Origin: the human T2T-CHM13v2.0 reference genome, Homo sapiens
Reading direction: 5' to 3' (one strand)
Length of the DNA: 64,000 bases
Assembly (NCBI RefSeq): GCF_009914755.1
Contig: NC_060938.1
The notes under the pieces are model-generated. The model was given only the letters and a program-made list of their open reading frames with translations. It was not told where the DNA came from and made no database searches. Positions 46,427 to 59,811 of this stretch are shown piece after piece (positions within the stretch are counted from its first letter, which is position 1; each line of letters opens with the position of its first letter). The position numbers and the translations under genes were made by a program.

Positions 46427-46660
46427 ATCCTAGCACTTTGGGAGGCCGAGGCAGGTGGATTGCCAGAGTTCAGGAGTTTGAGACCAGCCTCGGCAACAAG
46501 GTGAAACCCCGTCTCTTCTAAAATAGAAGAAATTAGCTGGGTGTGGTGGTGTGCACCTGTAGTTCCAGCTCCTCAGGAGGCTGAGGCAGGAGAATCACAG
46601 AATCCCAGAAGAGGGAGGTTGCAGTGAGCCAAGATCGTACTGCTGCACTCCAGCCTGGGC
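46427..46660 (+). mobile_element. AluS-type fragment truncated at both ends, no tail, no TSD
   Basis: Starts at 'atcctagcactttgggagg' and stops at 'ccagcctgggc'. Confidence 0.9.
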
Positions 46661-48599
46661 TAATACAGAATAGCATTTTTTAGATGGCAGAAGGTTAATT
46701 TTTAGATATTATGGAAAAGAATAACAATGAGGAGGGAAGACCGGAAGCAGTATTTCATTTATATATGTGTATGTACTATAAGTATTGTGTGTGGGAGTGT
46801 GTACAACGTGTTTATCTTGTTGCTATTGTTTTGGCATTTTAAGTGTCAGATTGAAAATACCCTCTAGGATGTTCCCCCCTTTTGTTATGCACAATATGTT
46901 CATGTAGTTTTTTTTAATCACCTCTTTTAGATAATAGTGGTATTAGAAGGCAGTATCTTTTCCTCATTCATCTTCTTATTCCCTGCAGTACAAAGAACAG
47001 AGCACTCACTCCATAAAGATGTGTGCCATCTTTAGAGTAAATTTCCTGAGGTTTGCCTTTCTTTTTACAGTTTATTCACCATAATCTATGAGGAATCTGC
47101 CTGCTGCGCGGACAGTTTTCAATGTAAATTTTCTTCTTAAATTTTGTAGCTTATTTTTCTATGTGATATAAAGAATAATAATGTAAATAAAATGTCCCAA
47201 CCTGTTAAAATGTATATTTCAAGAAATAAAAATATTAATATCAAAAGAATTTTTAAAATATATATGTATGTTTTACTTTTTCCTGATATTTTCTAACGGA
47301 AAACTAAGTTCACTCTGCCTATTTTTATAATAACAATAATATTTAAGCTAATTACATGAAATGTTAAACATATATACTGTCTCTCTTGCTTATATACATA
47401 AATGTTTACTATATATGCAATTGAACACAAATGAACTCTGAATGGTTTAAAACCAGAAAAGGTATTGGTGTAGAAAATCTTAACATTTTCTTCTTGAGGT
47501 TAAATAAATAATTTTCTTTTAGAAATGTTTCACTTTGTGGACTCTTAGGAAAATGATTTCCAGCAATGACAGCAGGGTACTTAGGACAATAAAGAAAATG
47601 GGGAATAGATATGAAATTTCTAGTGAAAATGTATTGGAACTGAGCATTTTCAATCTTCCCATGTGTTTGTTATAAGTAGCTGTTTGAAATGTCCTTTTGG
47701 ACAATGCTTTAGAGTTTTGCAAACTACGAGCAGATGGAAATGAATGTCTGGAATTCTTTAATTTCTTCAACTATAGCAGAGACTGTTAGAATGCTTGTGC
47801 TTCCTAGATTTTATTCTGACTCTGCTATTACATAGGTGGAAGTTTTGTATTCAACACCTGCTTTGCTGCTGCTGCAGTACACACACGTACGAATGCCTGG
47901 GTTTATCATCATTTATTAATTACTTAATCAATAAACTCTGTAAATGGTAACTGTAATTATCCCAGAAGGTCACTGAAATTAAGGAGAGTAAGGTCCCATG
48001 GCAATGAAGCCCAGGCTCACATCTGTTTATCTGAAGCTACATGACAAGATGCTATTTTTTATTTCTGCCTTGAATTTCAAATTAACAGCCAGCTGAAAAG
48101 ACTGTGTTGAAAAATGAATCCATAATAAAGGGATGTACTTCTTTTCCCTTTGAGTTGTTTCTTTGCTGCCATTGATATGGATTAATGGCATACGTATACC
48201 TTAAGGGAACACAAGTACCCTTGGACTATCTTCTCTCTGGAGTATGTTTCAATGCCGTTAATGTCTTGCATTTCTAAACACTCGAGTCAATCAAGTGTTT
48301 TAGACACTATGTGTTTTATGAAGAGAAAGTCCAGAAAACAAAATAAAATTGAACATATACAGTGTGTTCCCCCTTGTGTAAAAAGAATTCTATGTACACT
48401 GTTTTCTTACTCTGCTCTCTGACTTTCTGTATATAGAACATATTGTTTCTCAAACATCTGATTGGTTCTTTAATTTTGACAAGTGCAAGATAGATTGACA
48501 GACATATGTGTTTTTTAACACATATATACGTATATATGAATAGATTCCATATATTCCCTGAAGTATACAGGGGAGTCATTCTCATCATTACTTGTTTGT

Positions 48600-50150
48600 G
48601 CTGTTTATTTTATTGTTTCTTTTAAGGTAGCTTTTTAATATATAATTTACATACATTAAAAGGTGTAAATTTAAGTGCAAAATACTATGAGTTTTGGCAA
48701 ATATATCACATTCTGAGTATGGTATCAAACCACCAAAGTCATAATATAGAACTGCACATTTTAACACAGCAGCAACCAAATGCATATAATGCTTGAGCAT
48801 TTGAAATATAGCTAATGCAACATGGTGAATGATATGGAGTTAAATAAAATATACACTGTAATTAAATTTAATTGTACCTCTTTCTTATTACCTTTCTAAT
48901 CTGGCTACTGGACACCTTTAAAAAATTACATATTTGGCTGGCGTTATATTCCCTATAGTACAACATAGATATAGAACATTTTAATTAACGCAAAGTCTCC
49001 TCATGCCTCTTTTCATTAAAATGTTCAGTTCCTGACAACCACACATCCACTTTCTGTCTCTAGATTTGTCTTTTCTAGAATTTCAAATAAGTAGGTATAT
49101 CATATTTATGTCTGGCTGCTTCTACTTTGCCTAATGCTTGTGTGGCATCTTATATTTTTATGGCAGTAGTTCATTCCTTTTTACTGCTCAGAAGTTGTCC
49201 ATTATATCATAAAGCACCCATTTATTTACCATTCACATTTACATTATTTGGGTTGTATCTAATTTGGGGCTTATGAGAATGAAACTGCTATGTACATTTG
49301 AGTAAAAGTCTTTGTGTGAACATACATTTTCATGTATCCTGGAGAAATATGTGGGAAGGAGGAAGCTAGGTCATAAAGAAAGATTAAGAAATAATGAGAC
49401 TGTTTTCTGATTTTCTGTATCTTTTTACATCTTACCAACAATGTATGAGTTCTAGTTGCTTCCCATCGTTGCCTACATTTGCTGTTTTCAGTCTTAATTT
49501 CATAACTCCTAGTGAGTGTAATGTGTTATCTCAATGCGGAATTAATTTTCACTTCCCGAATGAGAAATGTACTCTTCTCATATAATTATTTGCCTTTTGT
49601 ATATCTTAATGTCTAAAATGTGTAATTTTTTCCATTTTCTTTTTAGAACTAACAAATCCTTTATTTAGAAATAAGCTCTTTATCAGACAAATGTTGCAAA
49701 TATTTTCTATCCTGTGACTTCCCTGTTCATTTTCTTAACATTATTTTTTGAAGAACCAACATTTTGATTTTCATCAGTTTTGATTAATCATTTTTTCATA
49801 TGGCTTATAAGTTTATTCTAAGAAAACAAATATTTTTCAAAGTTTTTAATCAAAGATTTTTATATTCTGGACTTTTGCAATTAGGACTTGACATATTTTT
49901 TGAAAAATCAATTGATCATATATGTATGTGCATCAATTTTGAGACTCTTTGTTACAGTAGTTTTATAGTACATCTTAAAATCAAATACCATGTCTTCCAG
50001 CTTTATTCTTATTTTAAAAATTATGTTTACTAGTCTAGACATCTACTTTTCCATATAAAGTTTTGAATAAGCTGGTCAGTTTCATTACAAAACCTACTAG
50101 GATTTGGAATGGGATTTCTTTGAATCCATAAATCAATCGGAAAGAATTGA
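48600..50150 (-). mobile_element. L1MD/ME-type 3' end and ORF2 C-terminus
   Basis: 'ctttttaatatataatttacatacattaaaaggtgtaaatttaagtg' terminus, followed by antisense ORF2 motifs. Confidence 0.7.
48752..48968. mobile_element. MER33/MER3-type hAT-Charlie DNA transposon
   Basis: 'ttgagcatttgaaatatagctaatgcaac' and 'ttctaatctggctactgg..aattacatatttggct' motifs. Perfect 8 bp TSD atatagaa at 48744-48751 and 48969-48976. Confidence 0.8.
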
Positions 50151-50154
50151 TGTT

Positions 50155-53100
50155 CTTTTTTGTTTGCCTTTTGTGTGTCGATTTTGTATCTTGCAACTGT
50201 ACTACATTTGTTTACCAGCTCTAATAGTTTTTCAGTGGAATCTTTATGTTTTTCCAAATATAAGTTTATATCATCAGTAAACAAGGATAATTGGACTTCT
50301 TTCTTTCCAATCTGGATGACTTTTATTTCTTTCTCTTCACTGATTGCACTATCTAAAACTTCCAGCACTATGCTGAATAACAGTGGTGGAAGTGGGTATT
50401 CTTGTCATGTTCCAGATCTTAGAGGAAAGACTTTCATTTTCTCCCCATTCAGTATGACACTAGCTGTCTTTGTATATGGCTTTTATTATGTTGCAATATG
50501 TTCCTTCTACACTCAGGTTTTTGAGGGTTTTTCTCACAAGGTGATGTTGAATTTTATCAAATACAATTTCAGCACAAATTGAAAGGGTCAAATGGTTTTA
50601 GTCCTGTATTCTGTTGATAGGATGTATCACATTGATTAATTTGTGAATGTTAAACCACTGTTGCATCTCAGGGATAAATTCCAGTTGGGTCATGATGAAC
50701 AATGTTCTTAATATGCTGTTGTGTTTGGTTTACCACTATTTTGTAGAGATTTTGGCGTCAACGTTCATCAGAAACATTGACTTATGATATTTTTCCTTTT
50801 TTGTTATGTCTTTGTCTTTTTTTGGCATCAGGGTAGTACTGGCCTCATAGAATGAGTTGAGAAGTATTTTCTCCTCCTCTGTTTTTCTGAGCAGATTCAG
50901 CAGGATTGGTATTAGTTCTTCTTTAAATGTTTGGTAGAATTCAGCAGTGAAGCCATCAATCACAGGCATTTTTATGTGGTGAAAATTTTATTATGACTTG
51001 ATCTAGTCACTTGCTATTTGTCTGTTCAGGTTTTGGATTTCTTAATGGTTCAGTTTTGCTAGGTTCTATGTACATAGGAGTTTATCTGTTTCCTATAGGT
51101 TTTCCAATTTGTTGACATACAGTTGCTCATAGTGGCCTCTATTGATCCTTTGAATTTCTACAATATCAGTTGTACTGTCTCCATTTTCGTGTCTGATTTC
51201 ATTTATTTGGGTCTTCTCTCTATTCTGCTTAATTAGTCAGGCTAAAGATTTGTCCATTTTCTTTATCTTTTTTCTAAAAACCAACTTTTTATTTTGTTGA
51301 TCTTTTGTACCGTTCATGTCAAATTAATTTATTTCTGCTCTGATCTTTATTATTTATTTTCTTCTACTAAAATTAGGCTTGGTTTCCTCTTGCTTTTCTA
51401 GTTCTTTATGGAGCATCACTAGGTTGTTTATTTAAAGTTTTACTGCTTTTTTATGTAGGCACTTATAGCTATAAACTTCCCTCTTTACACTGATTTTGCT
51501 ATATTGCATAGGTTTTGGTATGTTGGTTTCCATTATCATTTGTTTCAAGAAAATTTTCAATTGCCTTCTTAATCTCTTCATTGACTCATTGGTCATTCAG
51601 TAGCATATTATTTAATTTATAGATGTTTGTATACTTTCCAAAATTCCTCTTTTTATTGATTTATTCCACTGTGGTCAGAAAAGATGCTTGATATTACTTC
51701 AATTTTGTTGAATGTTTTAAGACTTGTTTTGTGACTTACATGGTGTATGCTTGAGCATGACCCATGTGCTGAGGAGAAGAATGTGTGTTCTTTGGCTGTT
51801 GGATAAAATGTTGTATAAATATTTAATATCTATAAGGTCCATTTGATCCATAGTGCAGATTAAATCTGACTTTTCTTTGTTGATTTTCTGTCTGGATGAT
51901 CTGTCTAGTGCTGAGAGTGCAGTATCGAAGTCTTCAACTATTATTGTATTTGAGTCTATCTCTTTCTTTAGCTCTAGTAATATTTACTTGTCATACATGC
52001 GTGCTCCAGTATTGGGTACATACATATTTATAATGGTTATATTCTCTTGCTAAATTGATCACTTTATTATTATATAATGAACTTCTTCACCTCTTGTTAT
52101 AGTTTTTTGTCTTGAAACCTATTCTGTGTCATATATGTATACTTACTCCTGCTCTTTTTTGGTGTCCATTGGCATAGAATATCTTTTTCCATTCATTTAT
52201 TTTCAATGTGTGTCTTTATAGGTGGAGTGTGTTTTTTGTAGGCAACAGATTTGGGGTCTTTTTTTTTTAATCCACTCAGCTACTCTATGTCTTTTGATTG
52301 GAGAGTTTAGTACATTAACATTTAATGCTATTTAAGATAAGTAAAGACATACTCCTGCCATTTTATTATTTGTTTTCTGGTTGTTTTGTGGTCTTTTTTA
52401 CCTTTTTTCTTTTCCTCCCATGTTCCTTTTAGTGAAAATAATTTTATCTGGTGGTTTGTTTTAATTTATTGCTTTTTATTTTTTATGAATCTATTGTGTG
52501 TTTTCGGATTTGAGGTTAGCATGAAGCTAGCAAATATAACCCATTGTTTTAAATTCATGACAACACTGATTGCATAAACAAACTCACTAACAAGCAAAAA
52601 AAAAAAATTAATAAAAGTGTACAGTTTAACCTCATTCCCCCACTTTTTTAAATTTTGTTTCTGTTTATATGTTATTATATGGTCTTGGTCTTCAAAAGTT
52701 GTTGTAGTTATTATTTTTGATTGGTTCATATTAGTCTTTCTACCTAATACATGGGTAAATATATTTACAATGTTAAAATATTCTGTGGTTTTCTTTGAAC
52801 TTACTGTTACAGTAAGTTTTGTATCTTCAGATTTTTTCTTATTGCTCATTAATGTTCTTTTATTTTAGATTGAAGATTACCCATTGGTATTTCTCATAAA
52901 ACAGATATAGTGTTAATAAAATCTCTCAGCTTTTGTTTCTCTGGGGATAGCTTTATTCCTCCTTCATACCTGAAGAATATTTTTGCTGGAAATACTATCC
53001 TAGTGTAAAAGTTTTTTTTCCTTCAGCACTTTAAATATGTCATGCCATTCTCTTCTGGCCAGTAAAGTTTCCACTGAAAAGTCTGCTCTCAGATGTATTA

Positions 53101-55773
53101 AAGCTCCATTGTATGTATTTGTTTCTTTTATCTTGCTGTTCTTAAGATTCTTCCTTTATTTTTGACATTTGAGAGTTTGATTATTAAAAATATTGAGTTA
53201 ATCATTTTGTGTTAAATCTGCCTGGTGTTCTATAAACTTCTTGTGCTTGAATGTTGATATCTTTCTCTAGGTTTGGGAAGTTCTCTGTTATTATTCATTC
53301 ACATAAAATTTCTAACTCTTTCTTCTTTCTACCTCCTCTTTAAGGCAAATAACTCATGGATTTTACCATTTAAGGTCATTTTCCAGATTTCATATGCATG
53401 CTTCAGTGGTTTTTTTATTCTTTTCTCTTTTGTCTCCTCTGACTGTGTATTTTCAAATAGCCTGACTTCAAGCTCACTAATTTTTTCTCCTGCTTGATCA
53501 ATTCTGCTATTAAGAAACTCTGATGCATACCTCAGTATGTCAATTGAATTATTCATCTTCAGAATTTCTGCTTGATCCTTTTAAATTATTTCAGTCTCTT
53601 TGTTAAATTTACCTGATAGTATTTTGAATTCCTTCTCTGTGTTATCTGGAATTTCTTTGAGCTTCCTCAAAACAATTAGTTTGAATTTTCTATCTGAAAG
53701 GTCACATATTTCTGACTTTCCAGGACCATTCCCTGATGTCTTATTTAGTTAATTTGGTGAGATCATGTTTTCTCGAATGGTCTTGATGCTAATGGATGTT
53801 CTTCAGTGTCTGGGCATTGAAGAGTTAGGTATTTATTGTAGTCTCTGAAGTCTGAGCTTGTTTGTAGCCATCATTCTTGGGAAGGCTTTTCAGATATTTA
53901 AAGAAATTTGGGTGTTGTGATCTAACTTTTTGGTCACTGCAGCAGTAGCGGCATTAGGGGCCCCCTTAAGCCCACTAATGCTGTGGTACTTACAAACTCA
54001 TAGATACTGCCTTGATTGTCTTGGATGAGATCTGGAAGAATTCTCTGAATTACCTGGCAAAGACTCTTGTTTCCTTCCTTGCTTTGCCCAAACAAATGGA
54101 GTCTTTTCCTCTGTGCTGAGTTGCCTGGAGCTATGGAAAATTTGACACGGTACTTTGTAGCCACCACCAATGGGACAGCTTTGGGGTCTTACCCAAGTCC
54201 TGCTTTCACCATGACCTGGCTACTGCCCACGTTTGCTCGAGGTTCTAGGGCTCTACAGTCAATAGGTGGTGAAGTCAACCAGCCAGACTTTTTTTTTTTT
54301 TCCTTCAAGGTGCCAAGTTTCCTCAGACCCCTGGGCCTGGGAGGGTTCAGAGATGCCATGTGGGAGCCTGGGTTTGCAGTCGAAAACCTTAGAAATCTAC
54401 TTAGTACTCTATTTTACTATGGCTGCTAGCACCCAAACCACAAGACAAAGTGTTTAATCTCTCTTTTATCACCTTTCCACAGGAAAGGGGTTCTCTCCCT
54501 GTGGCCACCAACACCAGAAGCCCACGGGGGTACTGCCAATGTTCACTTATGGCCCAAGAGCTTGGAGTGAATGCTGATGGGCCTCGGAATCAACCTTTAG
54601 GGCAGTGGGCTCCCCTTTGTCACAGGGCAGGTCTGAAAATGTTATGCCATAGCCAAGGCCTGGAATTGAGACCCTAAGAGCCCACTTGGTGCTCTACACC
54701 ACTGTGGTTGAACTCATTAAGCTACAGGACAAAGTCCCTTTTTCTCTTCCCTCTGCTTTTCTCAAGCAGAATGAATGTCTCTTCGTAGTGACCATGGCTG
54801 GGAATGTTCTGGGTCACACCTAAAGCCAGCACATCTCAGGATCTCACCAAAGCCCTCAATGTATACTACCTGGATATCACTGTTGATTATTCAGAGCCCA
54901 AGGACTCTTTAGTCAGCAGGAGCTGATTGTCACCAGGACTGGATCCCTCTCTTTAAGACAGTGCTTTCCCTTCTGACCCAGGATGTGTTTAGAAATGTTT
55001 TATGGGAGCTAGGGCCTAGAATGTGAGCCTCACAACTCTGTTTACTCTCTATCCTACTGTGGCTCAGCTGCTATTCAAGTTGCAAAACAAAATCCTCTTT
55101 ACCCTTTCCTCCCCTCTCCTCAAGTGGAAATAAAGAGTCTTGGAGCAGCAAGCTGCACTGCCTGGTGTTGGGAAAGGGATGGTGCAAGCACTCCCTGAGC
55201 TGCCCTGGCTGATGTCTCACTTGATCATATGCCCCCAACTTCACTGGCTCTGAGCCCAGAACAGTACTAGGACTAGCTTAGGAATTGCAGTTTGTGGCCT
55301 AGACTGTCTTTCAAGTTTATTTAGGACTCTGTATCATATTAGTTCACAGTGGCAAGGCTTGCCAAAACTCAAGTTCAGACCTCTGGATGGGAAATTTCCT
55401 TCTGACTAGGGCTTATTGAAATACTCCCTCTATTGGCATCAGTTGAGTTCCATCCAATGTTGACAGCACTAAGTTCTGATGCAAAGTTCTACTATCACTG
55501 TGTTCTCTCTCCCCCAACCACACAGATTCTCCACTTTGCCCAGCAACTGCTGGGGGCTGGAAGAGGGGCAGCACAGACAATTCAAGATTGTCTTTCCTAC
55601 CCTCTTCAGTGCCTCTTTCAGCAATATGAAGTTAAAAACCAGGTACTGTGATAGATCCTTTGATTTCTAGTTTTGTGAAGGTGCTTTTCTTCTGTACATA
55701 CTTGTTACATTTGGTGTTCCTGCAGGGAGGATTATCTGTGGAGGCTTCTATTTGGCCTTCTTGCTCCACCTCC
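50155..55773 (-). mobile_element. L1MA/L1PB-age LINE: 5' UTR, ORF1 and ORF2 up to RT, 3' end missing
   Basis: ORF2 pieces (50030-50368 'LSLFTDD', 50736-50969), ORF1 coiled-coil piece (53329-53556), and 5' terminus 'ttggccttcttgctccacctcc'. Confidence 0.88.
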
Positions 55774-56735
55774 TAAATTATTTCTGTATTCATTCTATGC
55801 GCAACAACAGTTATAATTATTGCATTTTTCAAATTTTGTCTTTTAAATTAGATGGTCGACAAAAATGTGTTACAAACGAAAGAATCTCTTGCACTATGTT
55901 TGTATCTATGTAATTAACTTTTAATTGTGATCTTTAGCTCTCCATATGGATTCTAATTATTCTCTAGTGTACTTGCATTATAGTCTGAACGACACTGTTT
56001 AGTATGTCATGTATGGAACCTCTGAGATTAATAGATTTTCTCACTTTTTGTTTTTTTGGAATGTCTCAATTTCTACTTTTACAGAAATACAGTTCTGCCA
56101 GATGCAGAAATATAAATTGACGTTTTTGTTTTTGTTTTTTTCAGAACTTTGAATATGACATCACACTACCTCCTGCACTGTGGTTCCTGATAAGAAATCA
56201 GCCATTCATCTTACTGAGACTCCTTGTACGTGATGACTTGCTCGTCTCATATTTCCTTCAAGATATCTCTTTGCTTTTGGCTTTCTATAGCTTGTTTGAT
56301 GTATCTAGATGTGGAGCTTATTAAGTTTAACTAACTTGAGGTTCGTTGTGTTTCTTGCATGTGTAGATTATTTTTAAATCAAAATTGAGAAGCTTCTATT
56401 TATTATTTTTTAAAATGTTGTTCACATCTTCTTTTCTCTTTTTCTTTTCTTCTGGGATTCCCATCATGTGTATTGAAACATTTGTAATTGACCTGGAGGT
56501 CAATTACACTTTTCTCAATTTTTTCATGCTTTTTTTCTTTTTCTTTCTCAAACAGGATACTCTTTAATTACCTGTCTTCTAGTTTTTTGATTATTGTGCC
56601 TTTTTAAATTTGCAGTTAAGAATTACTAGTCAATTGTCCATTTTACTAATTGCAATTTTTAATTCTGATATATATATATTTGTAAATTTCTTTCTTGATA
56701 TTCCCTATTTCTTGAGACATCATTCTCATACTTTC

Positions 56736-59700
56736 CAGTATTAACTGAATTGTGTCCTCTCAAAATTTAAATAATGACGCTCCAACCCTCAAAATGACTA
56801 TATTAAAAATAGAGAGAAGATAGAGCTTTGAATGAAGTGATTAAAATTAAATGAGGTCATAAGGATTGTTCTTATTCAGTAGGATTGGTGCCCTCATAAG
56901 AAGAGAAAGACACACCAAAGCACTTCCTTTGATGTGAAGATACAGTGATAAGGTAGCACTTTCCAGGTCAGTGCATTGATTTTGGACTTTCTGTCTCCAG
57001 AACTGTAAAAAGAAAATTACGTTTATGGTATTTTATTATGGAAGCCCAATTAAGACAGATTTTTATATCAAGCAGTGGGATGCTGTTGTAACAAATACCT
57101 AAATATTTAGAAGCAGCTTTGGAACTGGGTAACAGGTAGAGGTTGAAAAGTTTTGAGATGAATGCTAGAAATATGAACTTTAAAGGCAATTCTAGTGAGG
57201 TCTCAAGTAGAAATGAGGAACATGTTTTTGGAAACTGTACAAAAGGTTCAGTTTTCCTTGGTACAAAGCAGAAAATAACTTGGTTGAACTGCATTCTAGT
57301 GTGTGGAAGGTTGAATTTGCAGTGATAAAATTGGATATTTAGCTGAGGAAATTTCTAAACAGTGTTGAAGAAATGACTTTGCTTCACTTTGACTGCTTAT
57401 GGTAAAATGTAAAAAGAGAGAGATGAATTGAAAAAAGAACTTTTAAGCAAAACAAGAAGAACTTGAAAATTTGGAAAACTCTCAGACTATCCAAGTTGCA
57501 AAAGTGAGAGAGGTTATTCTGAAGGGAACACTAAGGGTGTGACTAAATAACCATTTGATAAAGAGATAACTGTTGTGACGCATGGACTTAATTTTAGCCA
57601 TTTTAGCAAAAACCAGGAATAGAGATGGGATTATATCAGCAAAGACATTGCCAGTTGGGAGGAAAGAGGACAGAGAAAGCAGGGTAGAATTAAAGAAGTC
57701 TGTAGAATTCATGGATTCTACAGGACTGGAGCTATTCAACTGGGAATGTGTACTGTTCTTTAAGGAACTGCAAGAATGGCCCTCGAGGCAATTCAAAGAT
57801 CATCAGGGCTACCACTCTCGCCACCGTGGCCCCAGAGAGGAAGGCTGTTTTAGAACATATCTCAGTTTCAAAAGGTGAGGTCACCTCTTTAGATTCAGTG
57901 GGCCAGAATAACCCCACTACGTGCCTCATGGGCAGGACCACCTTTGCAGGAAGAGCCACATGGTTGGGACCCTTACCGAGAATATGATGGATGGGGCCTC
58001 CCTGGAAAACCAGGGGACACTGTTACCACAGTTGTCCTGGAGTGCAGAATATTGAACCAAAAATAATTATTGTCAAGCCTTAAGATCTAACAGCAATTGT
58101 ATTCCTAGGTTTTGGACTTGCTTGAGACCTGTCACCCCTTCCTTTCTTCCACTTTCTCCTTTTTTTTTTTTGTTTGTTTTTTTGTTTTTTTTTTGTTTTT
58201 TTTAAAAGGTTTTTATTATGATATTATTTTACCTTGGAGATAAAAAATATATAGTAACTGAAAAAATAGCCCCTCCCCCAAAGTACATATTTCCAATGTA
58301 TCCCCTTTTAATATCTTCATACAAAAAAGAATATAAAATACATTATTGATAGTCAGTGAGGCTCTATATCATAAATAAACTATTTCTTTTTTTTTATTAC
58401 ACTTTAAGTTTTAGGGTACATGTGCACATTGTGCAGGTTAGTTACATATGTATACATGTGCCATGCTGGTGCGCTGCACCCACTAACTCGTCATCTAGCA
58501 TTAGGTATATCTCCCAATGCTATCCCTCCCCCCTCCCCCCACCCCACCACAGTCCCCAGAGTGTGATAGTCCCCTTCCTGTGTCCATGTGATCTCATTGT
58601 TCAATTCCCACCTATGAGTGAGAATATGCGGTGTTTGGTTTTTTGTTCTTGCGATAGTTTACTGAGAATGATGATTTCCAGTTTCATCCATGTCCCTACA
58701 AAGGACATGAACTCATTTTTTATGGCTGCATAGTATTCCATGGTGTATATGTGCCACATTTTCTTAATCCAGAAAAATGCTCATCATCACTGGCCATCAG
58801 AGAAATGCAAATCAAAAACCACAGTGAAATAGCATCTCACACCAGTTAGAATGGCAATCATTAAAAAGTCAGGAAACAACAGGTGCTGGAGAGGATGTGG
58901 AGAAATAGGAACACTTTGACACTGTTGGTGGGACTGTAAACTAGTTCAACCATTGTGGAAGTCAGTGTGGCGATTCCTCAGGGATCTAGAACTAGAAATA
59001 CCATTTGACCCAGCCATCCTATTACTGGGTATATACCCAAAGGACTCTAAATCATGCTGCTATAAAGACACATGCACACGTATGTTTATTGCGGCATTAT
59101 TCACAATAGCAAAGACTTGGAACCAACACTTTCTCCATTTTGAAATGGGAATATCTATCCTTTGCCTGTCCCTCAGCGTATTTTAGAACATATCTCTCAT
59201 CCTGTTTAAAAGGTTCACAGTTGGAGAATTGTTCTCAGTATAAATTATACCTTACTTCACCTGCAACTTATTTAGATGATATTTAAATGAGACTTTAATG
59301 CTAGAATGAGCTAAGGCTATGGGGATTGTTGGCAATTCATAGATCATCAAGGCTGCCACTCCTACTACTGACCTGGAGAGCAAGGCTGTTGGGATGGAAT
59401 GAACATATTTTTGCCTAAAAGAAGAACTTAAATTCTGAAGCACCAGCTGAGGGAAGACTATGGACTAAATTGTGTTCTGGCAAAATTCATGTGTTGAAGC
59501 TCAATCCCATGTTTCTGTATTAGAGACACGGCCTTTAAGGAATTGATTAAGGTTAAATGAGGTCATTAGGATAGATCCCACATGTAATAATACTGGTTCC
59601 CTTATAAGAAAAAGAGGAGGCACCAGAGCTTTCTCTCCACCATGTAAGGACATAGTGAGAAAATGGCCATTTACAAACTAGGAAGAGAACCATCCCCAGA

Positions 59701-59811
59701 GCTCAGCCATGTTGGCTCCCTGATATTAGTCTTCCAACCTCCAGAACTTTGCTGTTTTTAAGCCATCCCTTTTATGATGTTTTGTTTTGAAAGACTAACC
59801 TGGTTAATACA
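56736..59811 (+). mobile_element. Two-LTR MaLR provirus (MLT1A-like LTR - internal - LTR), interrupted by an L1
   Basis: LTRs at about 56736-57058 and 59457-59811 share 'ttaaatgaggtcat' and 'ctccagaact'. MaLR internal start 'gcagctttggaactgggtaacagg'. ORF relic NEEHVFGN. Approximate 5 bp TSD ctttc/ctttt. Confidence 0.85.
58160..59127 (-). mobile_element. L1PA2-like insertion with 5' inversion and 3' transduction
   Basis: Poly(T) 58160-58203, non-L1 segment 58204-58380, short second T-tract 58381-58393, antisense L1 3' end to 58772, sense (inverted) ORF2 piece 58773-59127. TSD cactttctcc(t/a)tttt from 58150 and from 59127. Confidence 0.92.

Noticed and set aside
54260-55140. Three related ~250-300 bp blocks as a novel repeat
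   Set aside because: They fall within the 5' UTR of the L1MA/PB element, where internal repeats are expected.
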